The translations under genes and the position numbers were made by a program. From Takakia lepidozioides (Eukaryota > Plantae > Bryophyta), in contig CM060731.1 in the NCBI GenBank assembly GCA_030704615.1, forward strand, positions 67,270,001 through 67,334,000: a DNA stretch of 64,000 nucleotides. The letters are read 5' to 3'. This document shows positions 1-13,700 of this stretch, one piece after another (the first letter of the stretch is position 1; each line of letters begins with the position of its first letter). The notes under the pieces are model-generated. The model was not told where the DNA came from and ran no database searches. It worked only from the letters and a program-made list of their open reading frames with translations.

Positions 1-632
1 TCCTTCTCTCTTACAGGCATTTGAAAGCTGTCCTTGTTTGTCCTGGGCAAAGACTGTAAGTTTGTCTGGCCAATAGAGGTTGCTCTATCAAAAGCTCGCG
101 GACTTCCTAGTGGCTCTGCAATAGAGTAGCATGGAGTCCTCTCCCAATCTATCTGTGTCTCTTTTTCTGGCATGTGGACCTGTTTTATGATTGGTGCAGC
201 TGAAACTCCTCCAGAATGTCCATCCTTCTCTCTTACAGGCATTTGAAAGCTGTCCACGTTTGTCCTGGGGAAAGACTGTGTGTTTGTCTGGACAACAGAG
301 GTTGCTCTGTCAAAATCTCGCGGACTTCCTTGAGTGACTAGTGGCTCTGCAATAGAGTAGCATGGAGTCCTCTCCCAATCTATCTGTGTGTCTGTTTCTG
401 GCATGTGGATCTGTTTTATGATTAGTGCAGCTGAAACTCCTCCAGAATGTCCTTCCTTCTCTCTTACAGGCATTTGACAGCTTTCTACGTTTGTCCTGGG
501 CAAAGACTCTGTGTTTACAGTCTGCACAATAGAGGTCGCTCTATCAAAAGCACCCAGACTTCCTCGAGTGACTACTGGCTCTGCAATAGAGTAGCATGGA
601 GTCCTCTTCCAATCAATCTGTGTGTCTGTTTC
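1..632 (-). repeat. In-frame coding tandem repeat, about 3 units of 222-234 bp (74-78 aa), inside the B3 gene
   Basis: tccttctctcttacaggcatttga recurs at 1, 223 and 454. Spacings of 222 and 231 are multiples of 3. Unit reads ETDTQIDWERTPCYSIAEPL..FDRATS..QMPVREKDGHSGGVSAA. Confidence 0.9.
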
Positions 633-1718
633 CCAGATTGAGTCACCTACATAATTGATCAAATGTTCATGCATCTCTGCTTGTGGTGACTGGCTATATT
701 TGTGACACTTTTCCAGGATCCTTGGCGGAGTATGCAGATTTGTCGTCTCAATTGGTTTCACAGTACTGATCATTACAGGGCTGCCTCCATTCAGGAGTTC
801 CTCTACACTTGTGTCCCTGCACTTCTGTTTAGCAAGAATGATTGCCCTCACTGATTGACCAAGTTGAGAGTTGGGATTGTCCCTTGAAACTTCTTCCTTA
901 ACCAACAGAGTGAGTCTGGGCTTTTCTTCGGAAAAATCCAAGTATGGTGTGTCCTCTTCCTCATAGATGTGTGTTGTTGCTGATCCCAAAGGCTTACTGT
1001 CGGGATTTCCAGGCCAACAGGGAGTCCTGGTGACAGACTCCATTTTGTGCGAAAGGAGGGTCCGAGAAGAAGTTGGAGGAGCCAATACTGCAGACTTGAA
1101 GGCAGACATAGGTACCCCATCAAGGCCTGAGTGCTCAGTCTTCACATAGGGGGAATTAACATCCATAATCTCTGTCCACCCTGCAGTGCATTTTGCCTTG
1201 ATATCAATGTTTCTCTCCCCAAAAGTAAGAGTCTCACTGGCATCAGATGACCTCTTTGTTTCAGCAAGGAGAGACCCCGTGAAGAGGACTTTGGAAGACC
1301 TCTTTAATTCTGCAGAGAGAGCAGCCTCAAAGTCTCTGTCCTTCCTCTTCCCAGTCAAAGAGCCACTACTGCAACCTTTCTCCAGCATGCCTGTCCCCAA
1401 TAGAAATGGAATGGAACAAGACCTAGCTTTTGTGGGACCGCCACAATTTTTCTGAGGTGAATTATTCTGCCTCTCGCAGCCAAATCTATCAAATATACGT
1501 ACTGAGAAGTGTGACTTGGCGATGAGTGTGAAAAGTAGCAACTCTCCTTTCTTAAGAAGATGGTAAGAAGCGAAAGCCTTCCACCCTTTTGTGAAGGCCA
1601 CCGTAGAGTAGCAGGGGCTTTCAAGGCACACGTTGAAGGTCTGCCCACATGGTCCTTGAATCAAAACGATCTCCTCTACATTCATTCCACTGCGTTTTAC
1701 AAACACCGAGGGTATTTG
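1..1718 (-). CDS. B3-domain (REM/VRN1-like) protein, one long exon running off the window's left end
   Basis: Manual translation from splice acceptor tccag|CAA at 1718 is open to position 1 (>570 codons). It begins QIPSVFVKR..VLIQGPCGQTFNVCLE..VAFTKGWKAFASYHLLKKGELLLFTLIAKSHFSVRIFDRFGCE, the B3 signature (IP.F / GW..F...H.L..G..L.F / V.IF...GCE). Upstream exon(s) not resolved. Confidence 0.85.
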
Positions 1719-2896
1719 CTGGACAAAAGACCACAAACGAGCTTGATTTAGAGACCATTTACACATCCCAATCCCCTAAAGAGAACCGTATTAAACTAAG
1801 ATCCCAACACTTGATCCCATCCATACTGTGGTAACATTTGAAGTATAATTCAACATCCACTTGTTATGAATAACAGACTAGAGAGGGATAGACGAGCGAA
1901 TAGAAATTCTCCTTCCTATCACTGCGCGCTGCAATACTAAGCTGTAATTAAGTTCTTTGTAGGCATGCTTAGCCCCTCCGCTCTAACACGGCCATGCGTG
2001 GGTTTCTGGGTCACTCAAATGTGAAGTTGAGGTCTGATCATTGTCACTCAGGCAAGATTGTGGAGAAGTGCGAAAATATTCTTACCATCAATACCGGTCA
2101 CAATAGTCGTGTAAGATTAGACGAATAGATCCCACTATTTGACAACAATCTGTCTCTCAGGATGCGCTACAATATGAGCTGTAAAGAAATGGATACGTAG
2201 CATGCTTGGCCCCTCCCCCTTAGACGGACTGTGAAATGGAAGGTTGACTGCAACATGTGGAAATGGAAGATGAGTACACTTTTGAGAACAGGCAGAGGTA
2301 GCCATCGCGTGGGGCCAACCCACGCCCCGAGACATTTGTTAAGTCCGTAGCGAATGTCTCGTCACAACTCAGATACAACCAACTTCAACCGAAGAACAAC
2401 ACGTCAGGAAAAGATACAAGACAGAAGAAGAAAGAGGTTTGTTGCGTATATGGACACATGTGGCTAGATTGAAGAAATCGTACCATCCTGCAATAACCGA
2501 TGCGATATACAGCACTTTCCACCATAATCTTGTAAAAGCAGAGCGGCTGAGCTCCTCCAGCCTCCTCCACAGTTTGTGCCTCTCCACTGATGCATTCCGT
2601 TACCTCAATCATCGTATACCGAAGAAAATATCTCCTGCAATGTTGAATCAGTCGTCGCACCAACGGCTTCTTGCTGCTGCCTGAAGTGAATCGAGCCGTG
2701 AGTCCCGTGAAATAACTCAGACTGCACTTTGGCAGGTGAGGGAGTCGATTGAACAACTCAATTACACAACAGAGGCATGTTTGACAACACACCGCGTTCA
2801 CCTTACTGCTGCTGCATTACAAACTAGAATTGGAGGCTTTGGACAGGGACCTATAAGTACATAGACCTGCTGCACAGTACAGCAGCACGGCCTCTC

Positions 2897-3392
2897 TGCT
2901 GTTTCAGAGAAACATCTCCAAGCTTCATTCCGGATGGCGATCATGACTAGGGATAGAACAGGGAGCACAATTAAAGATCACAGAGAGTACTGTGGGAGAG
3001 CAAATGCAAAACAACGGCTTCCAAATGTGTCCTATAATGACATCTTCAGATGGATTCACAATTCCTGCAACTAGACTTGCTGTTTCAGAGAAAACATCTC
3101 CAAGCTTCATTCCGAAGGATGTTCAGGACTACGGAAGGCAGGGAGCAAAATTAAAGATACTAGAGAATACGATGGGAGAGAAAATGCAAAACAACGGCTT
3201 CCAAATGTGTCCTATAATGACATCTTCAGATGGATTCACAGTTCCTGCAATTAGACTTGCTGTTTCAGAGAAAACATCTCCAAGCTTCATTCCGAAGGAT
3301 GTTCATGACGGAAGGAACAGGAGCAAAATTAAAGATAGTAAAGAGTACGATGGGAGAGAAAATGCAATACAACGGCTACCAAATGTGTCCTG
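2897..3392 (+). repeat. Direct tandem repeat, about 180-bp unit x ~2.7
   Basis: tgctgtttcagagaaa(a)catctccaagcttcattccg at ~2897, ~3078 and ~3258. ORF 2992-3522 shows the 60-aa repeat. Confidence 0.9.
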
Positions 3393-4736
3393 TAATGAAT
3401 GCTTCACTGGATGCATTCATTCACAAATCCTGCAACCTTTGTTGTTTTCAAGGGTAGAGCGGAAGCGGGGCCGTGGTACGCGCGAGAACGGGAAAGCGCA
3501 GGCCATGAATGCGCCGCCATAGCATCTGTGTGTTGATTGCTGTGCTCAGTTGGCCTCCGTAGGGCCTTTGCCTATATGTATGTACATCTTATGAGACGTT
3601 CGCACGTGTGAATCTCCTACGCCCGCGAGTACGGAGGTAAAGGTGGATGACTCTTGTTATGTATCATCATACAGATGAACGATAATATATTTTCTATACA
3701 TCTTATCAAATATGATATCTATTGGTTTTCAGATCTTAGAACTTATTTATAATTATTTGAATAGGAGGATAACTGTAGTTTACTAATGTATCATCATAAA
3801 AGAGGGACGAGGGCGGGCTGCGGGGGGCGAGGAGAGGGCGGCAGGGCAATGGCGCGCAGCCCAACCTCAGGCCGAACTCCGGCCGGCTCCGGCCAGCAAT
3901 GAGGCGTGGGGCCTCAATAAATGCACTGTAATCAATGCTAATTGATTATCAGTGTTCTCTAGGCTCCGCCAATTAGAAATTTCCTTAAGTTGTGCCGGAG
4001 TGTTTTGTTGTAAAGAAAATAAATATTCGGCACTTCACTGCCGGATCAGCCTGCCCAGTACCGTAACTTTAACTTTGTGTTCAAATCCTCCGGATCCGGG
4101 GTTTTGGAGATTTTCGGTTTCTGATATCCTGCCGGTCGGCAGCAAATACAAAATTTCCCTATATGGTTATGGACGAATGGAGTTTATGTCGGGATGACCT
4201 CCCGCGGTTCACTATCTGGTTATCAATCAAATCCATTTTTGTTTTAATAAAATAGAATAACCCAAACATCAAGATCTAATGTATTAAAAGTATTAATGAA
4301 AAAATAGTTACAATTATTAAGGTAGAATATGTTGGAAATCAACTCCTTATCAAGGTTACTACTACGTAGAGTTAGTGTGACGACAAGTGAGATTGCAATA
4401 ATAGCAGTGCTGACAAGTCACAGTTAACAATAGACATAAGCCAACTGGCTCCTAGTTACGTCGCCCCGGCAAGACTCTTCTCTCATAAGCCTCACTTAGT
4501 TAAAGTTAGCTTCAATTTCACAGTTAACAATAGAGATAAAACTCAATTAGTTTCAATTATTAGTGACTCAAATCATAGTACCAGAATAACAATTGGAGAT
4601 AAGTCAAGTTGAGCATGCACTTATGCCAATAATAATATTTTATGATATTTGACGCCTCCCGAAGGAAGCGTAAATTATGGTGCCTCTTCATCCGAAGGAT
4701 TATTGCCTTCTGCTAGGAAGGTGGACACCCCAATGT

Positions 4737-4912
4737 GAATGACTGAGGAAGCCTGGCCTTACGGCTTGCCTCCCCACGCTATGGATCCAACTTCATCTTC
4801 GCACCCCGTGGCTCAGGAACTCGTACTACTCCTCGAGTCACTGCCGCAGCCGACTCCACTTGAACTAGTAATAGTGCTGCCCGGCACTAGTGGTAGTGGT
4901 GCCCCACCCATA
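4737..4912 (-). mobile_element. Isolated fragment of the family A gag-protease linker
   Basis: Reverse-complement match to ~18740-18940. ORF 4813-5010 (MGGAPLPLVPGSTITSSSGVGCGSDSRSSTSS) mirrors ORFs at 18503 and 18634. Confidence 0.85.
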
Positions 4913-5635
4913 ATGATGCGCGCGGCAAGGGTGACGGCATATTTAGCTAGGAGGGGTCGTGGCGAGTAGTGGTGTGAGTTGGGCGCAAAGTACCACCCAC
5001 CCGGCTGCAATTAGTGTAGGGGTCCGTGGTTTTTATAGTGGCGGGTACATATAATGTCCTAATTCTTACCGACAACGAAGAGTTTAGATTCTCTACTTCA
5101 TAAGGCGATTTGCGTTCCTAAGTTCTACGATATTTTTAGTCTTGTAATTGTTAATTATAGGCCTAAACCCCCAAAGCTTTTATAGCCGAGACACATTTTA
5201 AGTCCCTTCACAAAACGCCTTACCGGGCTTAAGGCGAACTTCCATGTCCCGGCCATCCCGGCCAAATTAGCCATTGGTGGAGTATGGCCGACTGGTGGCA
5301 TACGTGCATAGGGTTCGAAAGCAAACGGGCAGTAGGCCTGCCTCTGTCCAAGGCCCGGACCAGTTGAGCCGGTCACTTGGCGGGTCCCGGCAAGCAACGT
5401 GCACAAAGATAACCCCTTAAAATGGCAAGTTCAATGTCCGCTGGACAACTCCTACCCCGCCTAAGAGCCGCCGGTCCGTCAGCTGGGCTTTTAACCAACA
5501 GTCTATGATGATATCCCCTCCCTAATGTCTTTGCTGCACGCGTGGACTACACCGTCCTTTCTATACGACAGCAGTCAACGTGGCCCCCCACGTCGCGCAG
5601 CGCCGATACGCGTGGCTGCGGGATCCATTTGGCTA

Positions 5636-7001
5636 GGCAAGTAATAGAAGAGGCCCGGGAGTTGAATGCGCCCGGGCCCGGTAAGCGTACGTGGCCCACG
5701 GCCGAGCCCCCCTAGTCTGGCGCCTCTGATCCGCGCGGTCACCGCGTCGACGCCCATGTCGTGGTAGGCCCCACGCAGTCTAAGTCCTGAGTCGATGCCC
5801 ATCTTCACGCATAGTCATACATGTATGGAAATACATGAGAAATACATGGTCATGCATGTGGGGTCTCAGGTTCGAGTACCAATTAGTGTATGATGTCAGA
5901 TAATACTAGAGTTTTTGTTTGATTTTGCAACTTCAAAAAAGTTCCAAGTTTAAATGCTCATAGTTGTACATGAGAAATAAATGGTCATGCATGGAAATAC
6001 ATCAGTTGTCTTTAGACAGAAGTCTTGCATGGACACACATCACATCGTATGTTATGTTTGTATGTATGTATTATTTTTCAAGTAATAAGAATAAAAGAAT
6101 TCTATTAGTAGAGATATTAAGATTCATACTCATCATCTCATTCATTGTTATATGAACCCATTCAAATCATGTATGACTTTGCAACGATTGAAAATAAAAA
6201 GAATGATATTAGTATAGATATGAAGATTCATAGTCACCATCTCATCCATTGTAAATTGAACCCGTGAGTTCACGATTTTTATGCATAGAGATAAAGTATT
6301 GATACTACATGGAAATACATGGTTTGAAGTATGATATACTTGTCATACATAATTATAATATATACCATTGAAGACTTGTGCATGAAGACAACTCATGTAT
6401 TCATGCCTGACCATTCATTTTCTCCTGTATAACTATTTTCGAAGATGGTCATCCAAGTATAATCACCATGTAACTACTTTCGCAGGGACTTACAATTTTT
6501 TTGAAGTAGCAAAATTACAAAGATTGGGAGCTTATCGGGAACATGCATGTCCATATATTTCTCATGTATTTGCATAATACATGAGATTTGAAAGTATGTC
6601 AACCTGAGACCGGGCCCACAACCCTATATTTCTCATGTATTTCCATAAATGTTTGACTATGCGTGAAGATGGGCATCGACTCAGAAATTTTTTTGAAGTA
6701 GCAGCGCAAAAAGCCTCAAATGCAGAACTGTTCAGGTTCGACCCTGAGACCTCAGATTTCAAGAAGGAGCGATCGCACCACTGGGCTGCGTGCTACTACA
6801 TAATAACCCGAATTTAATGTTAGTTATACAGAAAAAGGGAGTCTAGACTGTGTGGGGCCTACCACCACATGGGCGTCGACGCGGTGACCGCGCGGATCTG
6901 AGGCGCCAGACTAGGGGGGCGCGGCTACGGGTGGGCGGCGGGCCACCTACGCTTACCGAGCCCGGGCGCATTCAACTCCCGGGCCTCTTCTATTACTTAC
7001 C
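5636..7001. mobile_element. Non-autonomous Mutator-like (MULE/foldback) element with long TIRs
   Basis: TIRs GGCAAGTAATAGAAGAGGCCCGGGAGTTGAATGCG.. (5636) and ..CGCATTCAACTCCCGGGCCTCTTCTATTACTTACC (7001). Inverted homology extends over 300 bp. Perfect 9-bp TSD ATTTGGCTA at 5627-5635 and 7002-7010. Confidence 0.9.
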
Positions 7002-9022
7002 ATTTGGCTATATCTCCCTTAAGCCTAATGGCTATGGCCCAGCTTCCGCCCCCATTGCGGGCTGCAATGGCGGCTAGGCAGGTCCGACTTGTGAAGCAAA
7101 AAGAAAACACAAAAAGAAAAAAAAAACAAGCCCTTCCATATTTTTCCCAAGCTCTTCCTCTTGCTTAGGGATTAATGGGATTAGTATGGTCCTTTTGGCC
7201 TTTGGATCTGCTGGTCTTGCTATGATCAGTCCACTTCCGAGCTGTTTTTCAGCTCCACCTCTAACGAGAATAAAAGAAAATCAACACTTGCACATATAAA
7301 TCGACTGCCTTAAGCCTTTCCCTTGGTACTTGGTCTTATAAGGTCTGTACCCCTTCAATCATGAACTCTTTCACATATGGAAATACAAAGATTTCTCTCC
7401 TCTTCAAGAGGACTAGTTTTTCAAGCAATTAGAAACCAACCAATTCTTGGCTTGGCTTAAGATACAAATGAAATCTACTATCATTTAATATGAAAAAGTG
7501 AAGTTGTAAATCACCCTTTAAGCGCAAATGGTGCTTGTGATGCTCTACTAGCTCGATGGTATGGTAATCCTTGCGACCCTTCCTTGGTGCTCGTCAAGCT
7601 TGGTCCACCCTCGGCCTTCCTACTCGTCTCCAAGTCTCTCACTCCACACTTTGGCGTTCACAAATCATCCTTTATAAATACTAAAATGGCTCAATGGCCT
7701 CAATGAGCTATGACCTCTCCATTAGCTCTAAAATGCTTCCCTAATACTAGAGAGCTCAAGCTCTGCCTTCTAGGACCTAGGCTCTTTCTAGCCATACTAC
7801 CAAGCTAGATTACAACAACAAAAGCAAGAGGCAAGCAAATGAAACTAGGTGGCAAGAATGAAGCAAAGGTGAGAAGCAAGGGAGCCTTGCCTCTCTTTTA
7901 TACTACTATTTGGGGCTAATAAAAAACTATGAAATAACCATTAACATGCCCCATCTATTGGAAGACTTGTTGACTAAGAAATGAGATTAAACTAATCAAA
8001 TCTATTGGGAAACTTGTTGACCAAGCAGTGATAATTAATAAAATAGGGGAGCGATGGCGGAGCTGCGAGACGACCCCCAACGGTCTTCTGGGCACTTCCC
8101 CCATCTCTTTCAATACCTACGGGGCTCTCACTACCCTTGCAGACACCAGCATACTCAATCCCCCAAATCCAGCTTTCGCTAGATAGGCATATCATGTTTT
8201 CTCTTATATGTTATATTTTTTTCTCTCCATCTCTTCGTTATGGCAGTTCCTTCTATTGTTCTGATTCAACGTGATTCCTGTTCGAGGGTTCCACCTTTCT
8301 TCCGACTTTCCCACCACTCTAGCTTCATTTCATTATGTTCATCATCGGAGGAGTTTTTTTCTTAAATCCAATCTTGTTTTTTTTTTTTTCCATAGTTCAT
8401 CCCTTAGCCGGTCTCCCTCTTTCATCTCCTATAATCATTCAATACCCAAATGGATGTACTGGAGCCGTCTTTATTTATGAGACCCTCTCTCTTCAGTGCT
8501 TCCCGCTCTTCCCCGTTCCTCAGCTCGCCCCCTTCACTTACCCCTAATCCACCCTCTTGTTTATGCTCTAATCTTTTCTCGTCTGTTAGTCCAGTTGTCT
8601 CTTACTTATCTAACTACCACCATCGCCATCTTAGCTAGCCTCTGCCTTTTTCTTAGTCATGGGGGGTGAAGTTCAGCAGCGGGGTTCCTTCTCTTCAGTC
8701 AACTTTTACACTATCATTATGGCCTCGGGTTTCTACAATGCTCAGCACAGGGAGGCAAGGAGTCACGAATCCCCTACGGCGGTGTACAGCAAAGGAGACT
8801 CCAGCCCTCCACGGGGACTGGATTCTTCCAGGCCCACCAGGCGCGTTCCAGGCAATACTCAACCAATGCTCCAGTAAGACCCCCCCCCCCTTCACTTCAA
8901 GTCCCATTTCACCCATACATCCATTCTTCAAAATCCCGAGACTCGATTCCAATCCGGAGGAATTTCCTCACCCACTGGTTGATGGAGACTAGTCCAACGG
9001 CACAAGGGTACATCAGGAAGAA

Positions 9023-10857
9023 ATGGACAAGGATTACCCCTTGATTCTGTTGGATGTTGAGGACCTTCAGAAGAGGGTGGCAGCCATGGAGGAGCATGGA
9101 ATTCTGATTCATTTTCCAGGGAAAAAGGTCAACAGGGCCCATGTTCATGACTGGGCTATCAGACACCTTGGAGGCTCGAGCGAAATCAAACAAAGATTCT
9201 GTTATGCCAAAGGCCGAGGATTTTACTCAATAGTCTTCGAATCCAAGGAAGCTGCCAACCAAGCTCTATCATTCAACCCTCACACAAAGGGATTCAACGT
9301 AAATATCTTTCCGTGGTCATCTAAAATGGGCCATAGAAATGGGAAACTCTGGAGCCCCAGAATCATTTCGGTTCCATACATTCCAGATCAGTATTTACAG
9401 AACTTACCGAACATAGCCAACCACTTTGGCTCGTACCTGGGCTGCTTGGCTGTGTTTGATCCCCAAATGTGCACATTGAACCGAAGACATGACCCCTCTT
9501 GGGCTCTGTAACGATTGCATCCCGCCTCAACGAGACTGGACTTGCTAAGTTTGTGCTTATGATGCCCAATGAGGAAGCCTTACCGCAATATGTGAGGCTC
9601 CCAATAGATGAGGAAGACAACTACTTCACCATTCAACTCATTGAAGACACTACCTATTCTGGTTGCTTTAATTGCGGGCAACTAGGCCACATCAAGCTGG
9701 ATTGCCCATCAGCTAAGCGGAAGAGATCTCCTCAAACACCCCCTGCCACAATGCACAATCAAGGTTAGAGTCATGGACTGCCACAAGCATTGACTTCCAC
9801 CCTTGCGCTGGGGAACCGAGCCCCTCATCCACAACCAACAGCGGTATCTGGAGGTCAAACAATAGAGCCAGCAAATTTCTTGGACTCCCTACAATTCAGA
9901 CCCAGACCACATTCCCCCTCCAACTTGGACTCCACCCGAGACCCAATGCAAGACGAGGTCAGAGTTCATCAGCAAAAAAAACCCTCTAGTAGCAAAGACA
10001 AAGAAAAGATGGGAGAAGAATATTCAACAACACCTGTAATCCAGCTGACGAGCCCCTCTACCAAACGTGGTCCGCAAATAACTACATGTATCTCATGCGA
10101 TTCTTCCTTTGCTAATCTCTGCCTCAACACATGCTCATTTCCAAATCTGGATCTGCTCGGATGCTCTGCCTTGGAGACATTTGCTGCTCCCAAGGCCTCA
10201 TGCATCACACCGCTGATTTTCAGAAAAGGGAACCCCCTTGCAATCCTCATCACATCCGACGATTTGGAATGTGTTGAATCACTATGGGTCAAGACCAAGG
10301 ATGTCAAACAATTCATGAAAGCAAACCCGCCCAATAGCGGCCCGAAAATCTTGTTCAAATACAAGATTCAAGAATTTTTCAAGGCCATCCTGCCCCACTA
10401 CTTCTTGACACCTTCAACCAGAATTTCTTGGGGGGCTTACCTAGAAGATCATCCTGGATTAAGTTGCAGGCCATCTACCCAGGTGCTGGCCTTAATAGAA
10501 AAAACAGAGATATACAATACGCCTCCTCCTCTATGGGCAATATGGACCTACAGTCAATGGCTCTCAGCACCCAGGGGATGCCACCCACTTCAGATCAGGA
10601 ACCAAGACACCTTGGTTAATGGCTTCCAACTGTTATCGGCATTCATGGAGCTGGAACTAGATGAAGAAAACCACAGGATGGAGATACAAAGGACAAGGGA
10701 CTACATCAACGAAGTCAGGGCGGTAGACACAAACACAACTTTTTCGGCCTCCTCAGGGGCCAACGCGGTTTCCTCTCTAGACGACTTCAATGCTGACAAT
10801 GATCACCTGGCAGCAGCAGTTACCACCATGCACATCTCCCCTCCCCCCCACCAGTAA
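9023..10857 (+). pseudogene. L1 ORF1 (RRM-like + CCHC knuckle + ~350-aa extension)
   Basis: ORFs 9023-9511, 9499-9768 and 9790-10857. Confidence 0.75.
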
Positions 10858-11427
10858 CACAAGCCCCATCTCCCCACCATCAATCGTGGATGCCACTCAG
10901 CCACATGACAACATTCATCTTCCACTTGCAGTCCGTCAGCCCAGCCCAACACCCGACCCCCCCCCCAGGTTCTCTTCTCCCCCTCTCCATGTTTCTTCTT
11001 CCAAGTGCTTTCTAAAGACCCAGGCAGGTGCTAGATGCTTTGAGGAAAAGAAAAGTTCTTCTCGGGGAAAGCAAAGAGGCATATGCTACCAACTTTTGAC
11101 CTTGCAGATTGCATTCCCTCTGGTACACTTCTTGACTGACAGATACCCACAGATTGAGCCACTTTTTTCTTCGGGGTTTTTCCCCAAAGGAGTGGAGATT
11201 CAGTCCCTATCCATTTCCCGGGTGCCAAACGACCAGTTTCAGGCGGTGCCTCCCAACCCTCCCTCTGTCACCACTAGGGGCATCTTCATACAAATCGTTA
11301 AAAAAAAGCCAAAAACCACCACTCTCTTTTGTCTGGGTAACAGCCCTTAGACCTCGAAACCGCAAGGTTCAATTCTCCTCCCCACAAAATAGGCCATCAA
11401 ATTTGATACCATGTCCAAGCCTACCTA

Positions 11428-13700
11428 TGACTCCTGATGATACTCAATCTTCATTCCTGGAATCTTAGAGGCCTGGGGGCGGATGCTGCTTCCCTTAAAA
11501 GGGTTAAAATCAAAAACTGGCTGGCAACCTTCCTCCAAACTGACGCCATAGTCTTCCTGTAGGAGCATAAACTGGACTAGATCAAAATAGACTGCCTCAC
11601 AGACCACATGTGGCCTCTAGCCAACGCATTATGGAAACCAACTTTGGAGGGCACAAGGGGAGGAACAGCTATTCTACTTTCTCCCTCCCTTCAGACCTAC
11701 CTATCTGCTGATTCCATCTGGATCCCAGGCATAATCCAATTTTGCTCTATCACCCTTTCTAACAACTCCGGCACAATAGGCTTAGTGAACATTTACGTGC
11801 CAATTACACCAACTGAACGTGCTGAATTTTGGAGCACACTTAATTTGCTAGACTAACAGCTCAACCCTTTATTGACAGTTGGATCACTTTAATATGGTGG
11901 AAGTCCCTGGGGACAGAAGGGGCTTGGGTTCTTACAACCCCAATTCCGAGGAGATGGATCATTGGTTCTCATGTATTCAAAACCACAATTTGACTAAGGC
12001 TGTGCCAATCTTTGGCCAATCATCAAACCTTTCTTTCACCTGGACCAATAACAGAACACTTGTGGACCTCTGCGTGGCACGCTTAGACAGAGCTTATGTT
12101 TCACTGGATTTGGTTCAACTCTCTAGAAGGCTCCCCCAGGAGCCCATCCCTCTTGAATTTGACCATGCCCCAATCTCTCTTTCAATACAGTTTCCTGAAC
12201 CTCAGTGTCGTGGTAGGGGCTTGTATAAGATCAACAGCTTATTGCTAAAACTGCCATTATTCAAACTAGGACTTCAGCAAGCTTGGTTTCGAGCTAGGCT
12301 GAATAGTCAGAACCCCACAGACCGGTTTCTAGCAAAACTCAAAGCTATAAATATGGAGAGCCAGAAAATGAGTTTGAATCTCTCTATTATCAGGAAAAGG
12401 AAGGTAAAAGCACTTACAAAGAGCCTGAAAGTTTGTCAATCCAGGCTAGAGTCCACCCGCTGCGATGAGTTCACATACCATACCTATGTTGAAGCCAGAT
12501 GCAACCTTGATATCCACCACAAAATTCAAGAAAGAAAGCTCAAACTGCAGGCGGGAGTAAATTGGTCTACCAACAGCGAAAAGATGACAAAATATTTCTT
12601 CGATAAGACCAGATTACGCAGGGCTTCTCAGACCATCACAAAACTTATTGACCAATCTTCTGGCCCCCAAAGCCATGGCAGACCTATCCCGCAAGCATTT
12701 CTAGCAGTTGTTTAAAAGTGACATGCTGAGCCTCAATCCATCTCCCTCCCAAACCGCTTGCCAGGCCCACACCCCAACCATCCTCTCCGGTCAGAAAGCT
12801 TCATTACAAATTATGTCACCAAACATCCATCTCACCTGGTAGACTCAATGTTTGTCGATGACACCTTTCTTATGCTTCAAGCAACCCCAGGAAACGTGGA
12901 CAATGTTGGGGATACACTACAAACCTTCTGCCTAGCGTCAGGATTTAAGGTTAACTGGAACAAAACATCAGCCCTATTGGTTGGGGACCACTTAGTTTCC
13001 ACACTTGGAACCCCACCAACCTGGGGATCAGACAAAGGTCTCACTTGGCTAAAACCAGGAGAGTCCACCACCTTGCTTGGCTACACATTCGGTTTGGACC
13101 TCACAAACCACCATAAATTTGCCCCTATGATGGCAAAGCTCAAAAGGAAACTCACATACTGGGGTTCTAAACATCTATCCATTACAGGTCGTGTCTTAGT
13201 AGCAAACCAAATATGCCCGGCTGGCATATGTTTCTACTCATCATCCTGGAGGCCAGACTCTAAGCAACTCCAAGAGGCAAGACGTCTTCTTTGGAACTTC
13301 ATATGGGGGGCTCACAGTGCCTCTGTAAATAAACGGCCGCAGGTGGGCTGGAAGCAAATATGTCTTCCAAAAAAAAAGGTGGTCTGGGCGTTCTAGATCT
13401 GGAATCCCAAATCAACGCCCTACTTGGCAAATGGATCCCAAGGTTCTTAGGGCCCGAGGGGGGCTGCTGGAAATTCTTGGTTTATGATCACATTGTAGCA
13501 TCCTCTCCTCTCAAAGTTTCCACTTGGCAACCTTCATTACGCTGGATTACCCATGGGTTCAATCGTAAACCAGTTGGTTCAGCACTATGGAACAACATAT
13601 GGAGAGCCTAGGGCAAGCTCCGCAAACACCTGGTCAAAGCCCAACCCTCAACATTCTATGAAGTTCTTAGACAACATCTTTTTCTCAATACAAACATCCC
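11428..13700 (+). pseudogene. L1 ORF2 (AP endonuclease - partial RT)
   Basis: ORFs 11608, 11879, 12758 and 13360. The sequence jumps from the pre-RT linker (QTITKLIDQ) to the RT domain-4/5 region near 12660. Confidence 0.85.

Noticed and set aside
7060-8050. LTR-like sequence around the MULE (also 5040-5626)
   Set aside because: Composition is suggestive, but no TG..CA ends, TSD, PBS or PPT could be fixed.
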